A stretch of DNA of 63,312 bases, filler included, from Octopus bimaculoides (Eukaryota), in NCBI RefSeq assembly GCF_001194135.2. It is 4 parts of 4 records of this genome, joined end to end, with 100 filler letters (N's around TTAATTAATTAA, not from the genome) between each part and the next. Parts side by side here need not be neighbours in the genome. Positions count along the whole stretch, not along the records: positions 1 to 19,440 come from NC_068981.1; positions 19,541 to 35,329 come from NC_068985.1; 2 more parts are not named here. One strand, given 5' to 3'. The notes below the pieces were generated by a model that saw only the letters and a list, made by a program, of their open reading frames with translations, searched no databases and was not told where the DNA came from. Shown here piece after piece: positions 13,316 through 25,697 of the stretch. Both the position numbers and the translations under genes were made by a program. How positions within the stretch are numbered: position 1 is the stretch's first letter; each line of letters starts with the position of its first letter.

Positions 13316-13359
13316 TCATTTGTTATCTTCAACATCCTCTTTCTGTACTTGCTGCTTGT
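13316..13359 (-). CDS. Candidate terminal coding part of the GRASP/CYTIP-like gene (exon 13294-13359)
   Basis: Acceptor ctgattttttag|, donor AAG|gtgaga at 13293. With phase-1 entry it reads (D)KQQVQKEDVEDNK* (TGA at 13318-13316). A further acceptor lies at 13194 and minus-strand AATAAA signals lie near 12710 and 12592. No homology support. Confidence 0.4.
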
Positions 13360-13839
13360 CTAAAAAATCAGATGTGACAAGCTATATGCACTCTCTATAT
13401 GCTGCCTGTTTTAAAACTAAATGTTACATCATATACAGGTATGTTTCTATAACTATTTAAAGTACGATATATATGTGCTTAGGTAGCTATTAAAATATGT
13501 TATAAACTTATATATTTGTGTATATATATATGTAAAGGCACAAGGGCAAGGTTTGGGTGTTGTATTCACAATTGCAAGATTGTGGTTTCACTTCCTGGAC
13601 TGAATGGTGAGTTGTGGTTCTTGAGCAAAACTCTTCATCTCTTGTTCTGCAATCACTTCGACACCTGATGTGTAGTACACTGTGCACCTGTTCAGGTGAT
13701 GCCAGTTTGATGGACTGAATGAGCTTTTGTACAGCACAAACATTCGATCACTATATCCAAATCATTTGTGCAGGTTGTTTGGCAAGAACTTGCAGACCCG
13801 TTTTTCTCAAACTCCAAGTGACTACCATTTTATACACAT

Positions 13840-14410
13840 ATGATGGACTCTCCTGTTGGTTTCAGTGTATGAGGATCTGACAACCTACACTTTTTTTGTC
13901 ACTCGTAATGCTTATGTCAAATGTGACACTTGAGCCATACCAATGATTTGCAAAGCTCACAGATGTTGCAAATATGAGGATTATGGGTCAGTGCAAGCAG
14001 TATGTTTGCAGTCACTTTTCTTCTTTGCCATGCACCCCTAAGCCTGTTAATGCTCGTGGAAAGAAAATCTCTTACACCATCTTAACATGATGATCTTCTT
14101 TCTGTTCACATCAAGGCTGTTTGCTCAAAGGTGTTGTGAGCTATGTTGACTGCTGAGAGGTTACTCTTCAGCTTGTCCTTATATCTATGCCATGGTTGAC
14201 CAACATTCCTGTGCCCATTATCAAGCTGGCTATACACGAAGACTTGGGTATTCTTTCGTCACTCATTCTGATGACATGATCATCCCAGTGCAATTGCAAC
14301 TGCATATGAAAGCTTTCGATTCCACCAATCTTACAGTTGCTAAATAGGTCGACATTAGATACAATCTTTTAGAGTACAACTGCAGATTGTCCTGAGACAA
14401 CTTTTGGTTA
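13840..14410 (-). mobile_element. Old RTE-BovB-type LINE 3' fragment
   Basis: Decayed IESFHMQLQLHWDDHVIRMSDERIPK (from QLRWAGHVVRM.D.R.PK) and a decayed terminal C2H2 (ICNICE.LCKS...LKCHI); many stops. Confidence 0.7.
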
Positions 14411-15093
14411 ATGTGCTACCTATATGATATCCATGATTCCAAACAATATAAGAAAACAGTAAGTAGTATTATATATATATATATATATATATANNNNNNN
14501 NNNNNNNNNNNNNNNNNNNNNNNNNNNNNNNNNNNNNNNNNNNNNNNNNNNNNNNNNNNNNNNNNNNNNNNNNNNNNNNNNNNNNNNNNNNNNNNNNNNN
14601 NNNNNNNNNNNNNNNNNNNNNNNNNNNNNNNNNNNNNNNNNNNNNNNNNGGTCAGATGTCCTATTATAGGCATCTCTGATGTGTATTAAATGTACACTGT
14701 ATTTTATATATATATGTATATTGAAAAGGTGAAGAGGTTTCCCATAAGTAAATTTATATTAAAAAACAAAAAGAAGAAAATGCTTTGAGAACTTTATCTT
14801 GGATAAGAAAAGGAATATATTTACATTTCAATCAAAATATGCATCTTGTGTATGTGTGTGTGTGTGTGTGTGTACGTACAAATACATGCTGTTGCTGTCT
14901 TAATTGTATGAGTTGATTTCAGTATATTATTAGCGCTTAATTTTATCAACTTCCAGCAAGACAAAGAGCAATGTTGAACCAGATGCAAGTTGAACTCAGA
15001 TTCATATGATAGCGAAAAAGCATAACATTTACAGGGGACAGTGGACCCTGAAATAACTGTACCTCACAACCTTGTTCTTTGTTAGATACTTAC

Positions 15094-15160
15094 CTTGAAG
15101 AATATTTTGTTCTTGTTCATTTAGTAATTTCAGTTCCCGTTTTTTCTCTCTGAGAATGTT
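15094..15160 (-). CDS. GRASP: GRASP/CYTIP-like exon (coiled coil)
   Basis: Acceptor attgatttttgcag|, consensus donor AAG|gtaagt. 67 nt, phase 0 to phase 1. Translates NILREKKRELKLLNEQEQNILQ, comparable to tamalin [22 protein letters not shown]. Confidence 0.82.
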
Positions 15161-15533
15161 CTGCAAAAATCAATGTAAAAATAATAAAACTGATAATCAA
15201 ACCCTTTTTTTAGTTTTTGATAAATATTTGAATTTATAGACATGATTAACTCATAATTTATTATTTAAAATGACAAAGAAATGTAATCTGTTTTGATTTG
15301 AAATAACAATGGTTAAGGCAGGATTTGAACTTGAGAATTGCTAGGGGACAGAGAGGGAGCACATTAAAAAAATCAAAACTTGAAGGAAAATGAATATGTA
15401 AACAAATATACATAAGTAAATAGAAAAAATTACTTGCTCCAGCATGGTCTTAGTTAAATGACTGAGAAGAAAGAAAAAATAAAAATCCAGAAATGAAAAG
15501 AAACAGACGTTTCTTCATCTGGTAATTTTATAC

Positions 15534-15600
15534 CTTTAGTTTGATATAGCGGTCATGTAATTCTACTTTCCTGCAACAATCTTCAAAAAGGACAACCAAC
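15534..15600 (-). CDS. GRASP: GRASP/CYTIP-like exon (last PDZ strand and start of coiled coil)
   Basis: Acceptor ttttttttttatcag|, donor AAG|gtataa. 67 nt, phase 2 to phase 0. The only open frame is (R)LVVLFEDCCRKVELHDRYIKLK, comparable to tamalin [24 protein letters not shown]. Confidence 0.82.
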
Positions 15601-15825
15601 CTGATAAAAAAAAAATGGGAAAATGCTTTGATAAAATATGGTAACATTCAGAATCTAAGATTATAAATAATGGTTATATGGTTAAGAAGGTCGTTCTGAA
15701 CCACATGGTTTAAGGAGTCTTCAAACTATAGCCTCGGGCTCACCAATGCTTTGTAAATGTAATTAGTAGACAGAAACCCTAAGTGACCCATCAAATATAT
15801 GTGTGTGTGTGTCTGTGTGTATGTA

Positions 15826-16148
15826 AAGGGTAAAGACTCCCTTTGGTGATGAATGACCATGGGATTGCACCTAGGCACAAGTCTGGGCGAGGTTGTTTGT
15901 GGTAGACCAGCTGTCACCCATGCATAGCAGCTTCTCTTCTCCATGCCACCAATGTTACACAAAGGAAAAACAAAGGCCGATACAGCTTGGCACCAGTGAC
16001 GTCACAACTCATTTCAACAGCCAAGTGAACTGGAGCAATGTGAAAGAAAGTGTCTTGCTCAAGAAAACAACACAGCCTGGTTCGGGATTGAACTCACGTG
16101 TTCCTGATTATGAGCCTGATACTCTAACCACTGCGCCATGTGCCTTTA
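15826..16148 (-). mobile_element. tRNA-derived SINE family E with a CORE-like central domain. Related heads: 13536-13800 +, 28141-28270 -, 56222-56328 -
   Basis: Minus strand: tggcgcagtggttagag...gagttcaatccc...cttgagcaagacactt...tgctccagttcac..gctgttgaaatgag. The CORE resemblance is from memory. Confidence 0.7.
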
Positions 16149-16227
16149 CCTATGTGTGTGTGTGTATGCATTTGTAAATACACACACAAACAGAATGGTT
16201 ATTATGTACATATTCTTGACAGCAGAT

Positions 16228-16259
<32 letters not shown>

Positions 16260-17428
16260 CAAACCCCAGGTTAATGATGACAATCATTTTACTACAATCT
16301 TTTCATTAATTGCAAAATTAATTAAAATAAAAGTCTCTTAGAATATTGGTGAAATACATTTTGACCATTTTGATATCAATCTGTCTTTAGGTCGCTCTTG
16401 GTTCTTTGATACAAACTTCTTTTAAAACAATCTAAATTAGAATCTTCAAACAAATTACATGATGTGTGACTACAAAGTAAGATCTTAAACCTTTTGGTAT
16501 TTAAACCAGCCATTATCCAGCCAAAGTATTCTACTTGTTTTATGTTCAAATTGGACAGATCTGATCTCTCACACTTATCCTACAATGTCAGTGAAATCAT
16601 AGTTGTGGCTGATGCCAATGCTGTGCAACTGGCACCCATTCTGGTGGCACGTAAAAAGCACCATTCATATGTTGGGCCTCACAGAGGCAGTAACACGTGA
16701 CCGAGACCTTTGACGATATGCCATGCTTTGAGATCATAGTCATGGCCGATGCCAGTGTTGCGTAACTGGCACATTTGCCGGTGGCACATAAAAAGCACCC
16801 ACTACACTTTTGGAGTAGTTGGCATTGGGAAGGGCATCTGGCCGTAGAAACCATGCCAAATTAGATTGGAACCTGGTGCAGCTCCCCAGCTTACCAGTTT
16901 TCAGTCAAACTGTCCAACCCATGCCAGCATGGAAAATAAACGTTACATGATGATGATGATCCCTTTGAAGTCTCAAACCTACTAGTAGTAGTAGTAGTAG
17001 AAGCAGCAGCAATGGTGGTGGTGGTGCTGAAAGTGGTAATAGTAGTAGTAGTAGCAATGGTGGTGGTGGTGGTGGTGCTGAAAGAGCTAGTGGTAGTAGT
17101 AGTAGTAGTAGTGATGGTGATAGTGATAGTACCAGGCGGCACTTTTGGGTCTGCTGCAGGCAATATGTGTTTTTTGTGGGGTCCAGGGGGCAGCAAACAG
17201 AAGGGCTGACCCAGGTGGCACACACTCTAGGTACACTAGTTCTCAAACCTATGGAAATAATACACAATTAATTTTTAAAAAATGGGAATAACTAAGCATC
17301 AGATTTTACAAAGTAATCTGATTGGCAAAGGGTTAAATTAGAAGAATAATCCCTCTGCTAGAAATATATAGAAAAAAGAAAAAAGGAATAAAGAAAAACA
17401 AAAACTGCCCCTGCAGCTGTAGCCTTAC

Positions 17429-17522
17429 CTCATGTAGCGAGCGCAAGATTTGATCTTCTCTACCAGTTGTTGATGTGTTGCTTGCTCAACACTATCACCA
17501 TTCACAGATAAGATAACATCAC
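17429..17522 (-). CDS. GRASP: Internal exon of a GRASP/tamalin-CYTIP family PDZ scaffold (C-terminal half of the PDZ domain)
   Basis: Acceptor tttttcctaatcag|, donor GAG|gtaagg. 94 nt, phase 1 to phase 2. Translates (G)DVILSVNGDSVEQATHQQLVEKIKSCARYM(R), a PDZ GD-x-I-x-x-VNG...H-x-x-L motif. It splices in frame into a coiled coil as in tamalin/CYTIP. GRASP and CYTIP are vertebrate paralogues, so the symbol is a family-level call made from memory. Confidence 0.85.
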
Positions 17523-17619
17523 CTGATTAGGAAAAACAAAGAAAAAAAAAATGATTAAAATGTGATGACATCACGACTAATGACTTATTCAGCAGGTTAA
17601 TTAGTTGAAAAACAAATAA

Positions 17620-17866
17620 ACAAACAAAAAAGTAATAGAAGTAGCAGTGGTGGTGGTAGTGGTGAAAGTGGTTGTAGTTGTAGTAATGGTGGTGCTAGTA
17701 CTGAAAAGATAGTGGTCATAGTAGTAGTAGTAGTAATGATGGTGGTGGTGCTGAAAGAGATAGTGGTGGTAGTAGTAGTAGTAGTAATGGTGGTGGTGGT
17801 GCTGAAAGAGATAGTGGTGGTAGTAGTANNNNNNNNNNAATGGTGGTGGTGGTGCTGAAAGAGATA

Positions 17867-17905
<39 letters not shown>

Positions 17906-18210
17906 ACAGCAATGGTAGTGCTGCTGCTGAAAGAGGTGGTCATAGTAGTAGTAGTAGTAGTAGTAACAGCAACGGTGGTGGTGCTGAAAGAGGTAGTGGT
18001 CGTAGTAGTAGTAATAATAGTAGTAGTAGTAGTAGAAGCAGCAGCAATGGTGGTGGTGGTGCTGAAAGTGGTAATAGTAGTAGTAGTAGCAATGGTGGTG
18101 GTGGTGGTGGTGCTGAAAGAGCTAGTGGTAGTAGTAGTAGTAGTAGTAGTGATGGTGGTGGTGATAGTGATAGTACCAGTAGTTGTAGTGTGGGTGGTGA
18201 TAGTAGTAGT
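17620..18210. repeat. Compound (GTA)n/(GTG)n array punctuated by gctgaaaga, forming a higher-order ~40-50 bp unit
   Basis: Visible directly in the sequence. Confidence 0.9.
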
Positions 18211-18592
18211 AGTTGGAAAGCTTGTTTTTTTAGCCATGTGGTCTCCGGTTCAAAACCACTGAGTGGCATCTTGGGCAAGTGTTTTCTACTGTAACCTTAG
18301 GCCTGCCAAAACTGTGAGTTGATTTGGTAGGCTGAAACTGAAAGAAGTCCTATATACGAGTGTGTGAAAGTGTGTATCTTTGTTTTGGCATCACATGATG
18401 GTTGTAAACAAGCATCACTGTCATGTAAGTGTTGTTGCTTGTTTTTAGCCTTCTGTGAAGAACATGTCTGGCCATGGGGTAATATTACCTTGCTGGGTGA
18501 CAGGAAAGGCAACTGGCCTCAGAAAATCTGCCTCAAATTCCATCTGACCCATGCAGACATGGAAAAGTAGATGTTACACAATGCTGCTGCTG

Positions 18593-18634
<42 letters not shown>

Positions 18635-18809
18635 CATGTCAAATACACCCATACTGGTGCTATGTAAAAGCATCAAGTACACTCTGTTAAGTGGTTGGCG
18701 TTAGGAAAGGCATCCAACCAAAATGGACAACTGAAACCTGAACAGTCCTTCAGGTGGTCAGCTCCTGTCAAACCGTCCAACCCATGCCAGCATAGAAAAT
18801 AGACATTAA

Positions 18810-18844
<35 letters not shown>

Positions 18845-19440
18845 ATGAAGAGATACTAGTACAATACAAAAGCTAAATATATTAATTTCAATCTTGTTCA
18901 TTCTCTCTCTTTGAATGCAGACAATAGTAATTAGCCTGATAAACCTAGTTCTTTACAAAGGTTAATACTTCTGAACACAAATACACACATCATGTACATG
19001 CATTGTATAACATTAAGAGACTGCAACTTAATATATTTACAGACATGTCTATGCATGTGTGCATATATATCCATATTTAGATAATAAAATAGAAGAGGGA
19101 CAAATGATTGTCAATGACATTAAAATATGTCTGTATCTATTATATATCTCTGGAATTATTCTTACCCTTTATACACACACACACACATACACATATATAT
19201 CATCATCATCGTCATCGTTTAACGTCCGCTTTCCATGCTAGCATGGGTTGGACGATTTGACTGAGGACTGGTGAAACCGGATGGCAACACCAGGCTCCAA
19301 TATAATTTGGCAGAGTTTCTACAGCTGGATGCCCTTCCTAACGCCAACCACTCAGAGAGTGTAGTGGGTGCTTTTACGTGTCACCCGCACGAAAACGGCC
19401 ACGCTCGAAATGGTGTCTTTTATGTGCCACCCGCACAAGC

Positions 19441-19540
19441 NNNNNNNNNNNNNNNNNNNNNNNNNNNNNNNNNNNNNNNNNNNNTTAATTAATTAANNNN
19501 NNNNNNNNNNNNNNNNNNNNNNNNNNNNNNNNNNNNNNNN
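19441..19540. other. Synthetic scaffold linker N44-TTAATTAATTAA-N44
   Basis: 44 N + 12-mer with stops in all six frames + 44 N = exactly 100 bp; identical to the two other linkers. Confidence 0.95.
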
Positions 19541-19864
19541 AGATCGCGGTTTCGATTCCCAGACCGGGCGTTGTGAGTGTTTATTGAGCGAAAACACCTA
19601 AAGCTCCACGAGGCTCCGGCAGGGGATGGTGGCGAACCCTGCTGTACTCTTTCACCACAACTTTCTGTCACTCTTACTTCCTGTTTCTTTTGTGTCTGTA
19701 ATTCAAAGGGTCAGCCTTGTCACGCTGAATATTTCCGAGAACTACTTTAAGGGTACACGTGTCTGTGGAGTGCTCAGCCACTTGCACGTTAATTTCACGA
19801 GCAGGCTGTGTCGTTGATCGGATCAACAGGAACCCTCGACATTGTAAGTGACGGAGTGCCAACA
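19541..19864 (+). mobile_element. SINE family B, 5' end cut by the linker (another gap-truncated copy at 54460-54663 +)
   Basis: Direct similarity to the full-length copies. Confidence 0.88.
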
Positions 19865-19895
<31 letters not shown>

Positions 19896-20625
19896 TTTTT
19901 ACACACACCTACATCCATCCATCCATACATACATATATAGATACATATATACATACATACACACACACACGTACACACACACACACATATATAATTTCGA
20001 CAAAATCTTGGAATATCACGCGCTGAGAGCGACCCTATCAGATTTAAAAAATTGTCGGAAACATCTAAGGATGTTTTAGGATATAATGTGTATGAATAAG
20101 TAGTTATTTATTCGGAAGCTCAAGTCGACTCAGAATAGTAGAATCATGTTGGATTAGATTAGTAGGGCTTTATTTGCAGAGGAAATCTACTTTGCCGAAA
20201 ACGTCTAATTGTAGCTTGAAAGTAGCCAAGGAAAAAAAAGAGAAAGACAAATTTACTTTTGAACGAAGCAATATGGCTTCTTATGACGTCAGTTAATTTT
20301 CTTTTGTTTTTTTTTCTACATTCACTCGTCTGTTTATAAGTGGTTTTCATTAAATACGTTTATATAACTGCACTAATCCACTACTTCATATATATATGTT
20401 TTTATGTGTGTGTATGTACGTGTGTGTGTGTGTGTGTGTGCGTGTGTGTGCGTGTGTATGCGCATGTGTTTGTGGATATGTGTACTTGAGTGCCTGTATG
20501 CATCTATCTACCTGTCTATCTATCTGTCTGTCTGTCTCTCTGTCTTTCTGTCTGTCTGTCAGTCTATCTATCTACATCTCTCTCTCTCTCTCTGTATACA
20601 CACACACAAACACACACACACACAC

Positions 20626-20669
<44 letters not shown>

Positions 20670-21180
20670 GTGAGAGAGTTCGTATGTGAAAGAACGTGGT
20701 TGGATGTATAAAAACCAAAACAGAATGAAAAACTAAAGAAGATTTGTATTATATGGGTAAAAAATATATTAAAATCGTCATGTTAGGAAAATGATATCAA
20801 AATTTGTGTAAAGTGACATTGTTTTGGAGATATAACCAGTTTCGCATTTTCTTTTCAAATTTCTTTACNNNNNNNNNNNNNNNNNNNNNNNNNNNNNNNN
20901 NNNNNNNNNNNNNNNNNNNNNNNNNNNNNNNNNNNNNNNNNNNNNNNNNNNNNNNNNNNNNNNNNNNNNNNNNNNNNNNNNNNNNNNNNNNNNNNNNNNN
21001 NNNNNNNNNNNNNNNNNNNNNNNNNNNNNNNNNNNNNNNNNNNNNNNNNNNNNNNNNNNNNNNNNNNNNNNNNNNNNNNNNNNNNNNNNNNNNNNNNNNN
21101 NNNNNNNNNNNNNNNNNNNNNNNNNNNNNNNNNNNNNNNNNNNNNNNNNNNNNNNNNNNNNNNNNNNNNNNNNNNNNNNN

Positions 21181-21260
<80 letters not shown>

Positions 21261-22270
21261 AGTATATTGTAGTTAGCATGAAGCATTGTGAAATCGAACG
21301 GATAAAGCAATAGTTCATAAGAAATTCTCTACAATGCAAGCTTAGAAATAAATTCTAAACAGAAGCAGAGCGAAAGCAAAATATGCTGAATGATTTTGAA
21401 ATTTTTTCAAAACTTATATCTCAAGATTTCAAATTCCCTTAAGAAGACAACGGTAGACGAATCAACTCTGACTGAACACATTACTGTTACAATTCAGTCA
21501 ATTTTCCCAATACTTAATACCGGGAATGAGGGATTACAAGTACGTGCGAGCTGGTTTGTTAAATCACTCGCTCAGATCATATCTGATATTAATAGCTGGA
21601 TTAATTTTCCATCTCTCTTTTTTTTTTCTATTTGGTAATCCGAATAGCTGCATTAATCCTTAAATTTCACACAAATTCTTCTGTGGCCTTGGTAGTGACT
21701 GCAATATTTCCAGTATGACGTCATACCAGATGATTGTTGAGGCAGAAGTATTTGTATCAATTCTGCGCATTAATACAGATATACAGTGCAGTTTGCAACG
21801 GTTAGCACTCTTGTATCTATTACAAATTATATCGTATACAACGTAACCCTATAAACATAAACACTTGACGTGTATTGGTCATGGTGACGGATATAACACG
21901 GGATGTGTGATAGGATTACGAAACATTCTCTCGTGATTTTGTCAACTCCATTTCTTATATATTTGTGTGTGCGCTTGTGTGTGTATATGTGCGTGTTTCT
22001 GTGCATGTGTGTGTGTATATGAACTACACATGTATGAACCTACAGACAAATGTATATATATTTCCATTAAATTTTCCGCGTTTGCTGCCTTTCTTAATAT
22101 CTTTGTTTATTCAATTCTGTCACTCCTGTGTTGTCCTAATTTTTCTGAATCATTTCTGCGTGTTTGTTACTTCGTTTCCTACTACTACTACTACTACTAC
22201 TACCACTACTACTAGTACACATAAGCACTTGGTATCATGCACACACACGCAAACACCCATATGTGTATAT

Positions 22271-22641
22271 GTTGGCACTCCGTCGCTTACGACGACGAGG
22301 GTTCCAGTTGATCCGATCAACAGAACAGCCTGCTCGTGAAATTAACGTGCAAGTGGCTGAGCACTCCACAGATACGTGTACCCTTGACGAAGTTCTCGGG
22401 GTTATTCAGCGTGACACAGTGACAAGGCTTTGAATTACAGGCACAACAGAAAAAGGAAGTAAGAGTGAGAGAAAGTTGTGGCGAAAGAGTACATCACGGT
22501 TCACCACCATCCCCTGCCGGAGCCTCGTGGAGCTTTAGGTGTTTTCGCTCAATAAACACTCACAACGCCCGGTCTGGGAATCGAAACCGCGATCCTATGC
22601 CCGCGAGTCCGCTGCCCTAACCAATGGGCCATTGCGCCTCC
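22271..22641 (-). mobile_element. SINE family B, full length
   Basis: Reverse-complement match; approximate TSD (c/a)c(a/g)tatgtgtatat. Confidence 0.9.
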
Positions 22642-22664
22642 ACGTATGTGTATATGTACATTTG

Positions 22665-22698
<34 letters not shown>

Positions 22699-23280
22699 TA
22701 TATATAGAGAGGCAGGCTTGGTTGTGTGGTGATAGGTGTGCTTTCTAACCACATATTTCCGAGTTCGGTTCCACTGCGTGTTACCTTGACAAGCTTTGAG
22801 AGTAAACTTGATAAACGGTAACTGAAAGCTCATTTGTCTTACCTTTTAATTGTGATCGAAACCCCTGATATCACCTCTGGCCCTATGATACAAATATCTT
22901 GTATCTTGGGGAATGGTTAGATACTAATCACCATTTTCTCTTTCACTCTGATCATGGATTTGCTTAAGGAATACCCGATCTAATTGGATTTAATTGGCTT
23001 TCTCCTCCCTTTCTAGACATAACGAACGACAACTATCATTCATGACGAACTTTCTTCCACTGTTTAACCGTCCAGATGTTTAACCTATTCCTCTTCGATG
23101 ACGGTATACTCAGCGTATGGAATCTTCGCTCGACACGATATTCCAATAACTGAGATATCCTAGAAACAACTGGCAGAGGCTATCTCTAAATTAATTTAAA
23201 TGTCCTTGTCAAGTCATGCCTAATAGTTTTCCATTCTTTTCTACTTTAATCTATGTATGTATATACATATACATACATAC

Positions 23281-23311
<31 letters not shown>

Positions 23312-23489
23312 NNNNNNNNNNNNNNNNNNNNNNNNNNNNNNNNNNNNNNNNNNNNNNNNNNNNNNNNNNNNNNNNNNNNNNNNNNNNNNNNNNNNNNNNN
23401 NNNNNNNNNNNNNNNNNNNNNNNNNNNNNNNNNNNNNNNNNNNNNNNNNNNNNNNNNNNNNNNNNNNNNNNNNNNNNNNNNNNNNNNNN

Positions 23490-23521
<32 letters not shown>

Positions 23522-24197
23522 TGGCTGTGTGGTAAGTAGCTTGCTTACGAACCACATGGTTCCGGGTTCAGTCCCACTGCGTGGCACCTTGGGAAAGTGT
23601 CTTCTACTATAGCCTCGGGCTATAGTACTACTACTACCACCACCACCACTACTACTACTGCTGTTACAACTACTTCAACTACTAAACCACCACTAGTGCT
23701 GCTGCTGCTCCGACTACTTCTACTACTACTACTACTACCACCACCACCACCATTGCTTCTACTACACCTTTGCATGTTTTTGCGCCTGCCGTTCACGTTA
23801 TCTTCCACCTAACGTAACAGTCAAATGACCGTTAATTATATCCGCTGATTAAATATACCTCTTCGACCACTTCCGCTTGTCTCTGACACTGTGTAAAATG
23901 AAGGAAGGGGAAGGCGTGGGCGTGAGGGGGCTGTGTGTGAAGAGATTGCCTTAATCGATTGTAGTGCCGTTGGTGCTGTAGTATTTAGTACTAATGTGTG
24001 ATCTGTTATTATTCTTGTTCGAATGGTTACCGTAGGAAGCTTTTTTGTCTTTGTTTATTTATTTAATTATCAATTTATTTATTTATCTATTCTGGGAAAA
24101 AGTGAATCCCGATCTGACGTTTAATCCTTGCATCCTTTCCTTGGGGAATTCTGCTATTTTCATTTTCTCCTCCTTTTTGTTCTTCCCCCCATCTTCT

Positions 24198-24221
24198 GTA
24201 CACTACCGTGATGATGGTGAC

Positions 24222-24253
<32 letters not shown>

Positions 24254-24380
24254 CGATGATGATGACGATGATGATGATGATGATGACGATGATGATGATG
24301 ATGATGACGATGATGATGATGATGATGATGACGATGATGATGATGATGACGATGACGNNNNNNNNNNTGATGATGGTGAC

Positions 24381-24412
<32 letters not shown>

Positions 24413-24837
24413 CGATGATGATGACGATGATGATGATGATGATGACGATGATGATGATGATGATGACGATGATGATGATGATGATGATGACGATGATGAT
24501 GATGATGACGATGACGGTGTAAGTGATGGCGGTGGTAGTGATGGTGATGGTGGTAGTGGTGGTGGTGTAGGCGATGGTGGTGGTAGGGTTAGTGGTGGTG
24601 GTGATGATGATGATAACGATGATTGCGGTGGTGGTAGGGAGGTTGATGACGATGAGGATGATGAATGATGGTGGTGGTGGTGGTGGTGGTGATGATGGTG
24701 ATGATTATGGTGGTACTGGTGCTAAGGATGATGATAGTTGTGATGGTAGTGATGATGATGAATAAGACGACGACGACGACGATGAAGGTGGTGGTGGTGT
24801 TAGTGGTGGTGATGAAGATGATGAAGATGATGATGGA

Positions 24838-24880
<43 letters not shown>

Positions 24881-24905
24881 GTGGTGGTGATGATGATGAT
24901 GGTGG

Positions 24906-24952
<47 letters not shown>

Positions 24953-24962
24953 GTGATGATGG

Positions 24963-24993
<31 letters not shown>

Positions 24994-25072
24994 AATGATG
25001 ATGATGATGATGATGGTGATGATGGTGATGATGATGATGATGATGATAATGATGATGATGATAATGATGATT

Positions 25073-25109
<37 letters not shown>

Positions 25110-25120
25110 GGATGATGATG

Positions 25121-25152
<32 letters not shown>

Positions 25153-25213
25153 GATGATGATGATAATGATGATGATGATAATGATGATGATGCTGATGAT
25201 GATTATGATGATG

Positions 25214-25245
<32 letters not shown>

Positions 25246-25253
25246 GACCATCA
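24198..25253. repeat. ~1.05-kb imperfect (GAT)n/(GGT)n array
   Basis: Visible directly; source of the poly-D/M/I/H pseudo-ORFs. Confidence 0.95.
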
Positions 25254-25472
25254 TGTAGTGCTAATGATTTTCCCAACGCGCCAACCTATAAATAATGATG
25301 ATTTCAAGTATTGACACAAAGCCAGCAGTTTTAGGCCGAGAAGGGTGTTTATCGATTATATGGACCCAAGTACTCGATCGTCGGTACTTTATTTCATAGT
25401 CTTCCGAAAAGTTAAAAAGGGGCAAAATCGGCCCCGTCTGGGTTGGAGCTCACAATGTAAAGAACAAGGAGA

Positions 25473-25635
25473 TGCGCAGGGGCGGCTGTGTGGTAAGAAG
25501 CTCGCTTCCCAACCACACAGTTCCAGGTTCAATCCCACTGCGTGACACCTTGGGCAAGTGTCTTCTACTGTAGCCTCGGGCCGACCAAAGCCTTGTTAGT
25601 GGATTTCGTAGATGTAAACTGAAAGAAGCCCATTG

Positions 25636-25697
<62 letters not shown>

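Noticed and set aside
15086-15096. ATACTTACCT, identical to the 5' end of U1 snRNA
   Set aside because: No U1 body follows; it is the reverse complement of a real splice donor.
17620-18210. Regularly spaced gctgaaaga units resembling a repeat-spacer array
   Set aside because: The spacers are themselves simple repeats in eukaryotic intronic DNA; not CRISPR-like.
24045-25276. Long ORFs of poly-D/M/I/H and the many other poly-amino-acid or YI/CV/TH ORFs
   Set aside because: Translations of simple repeats, with no splice or domain support.
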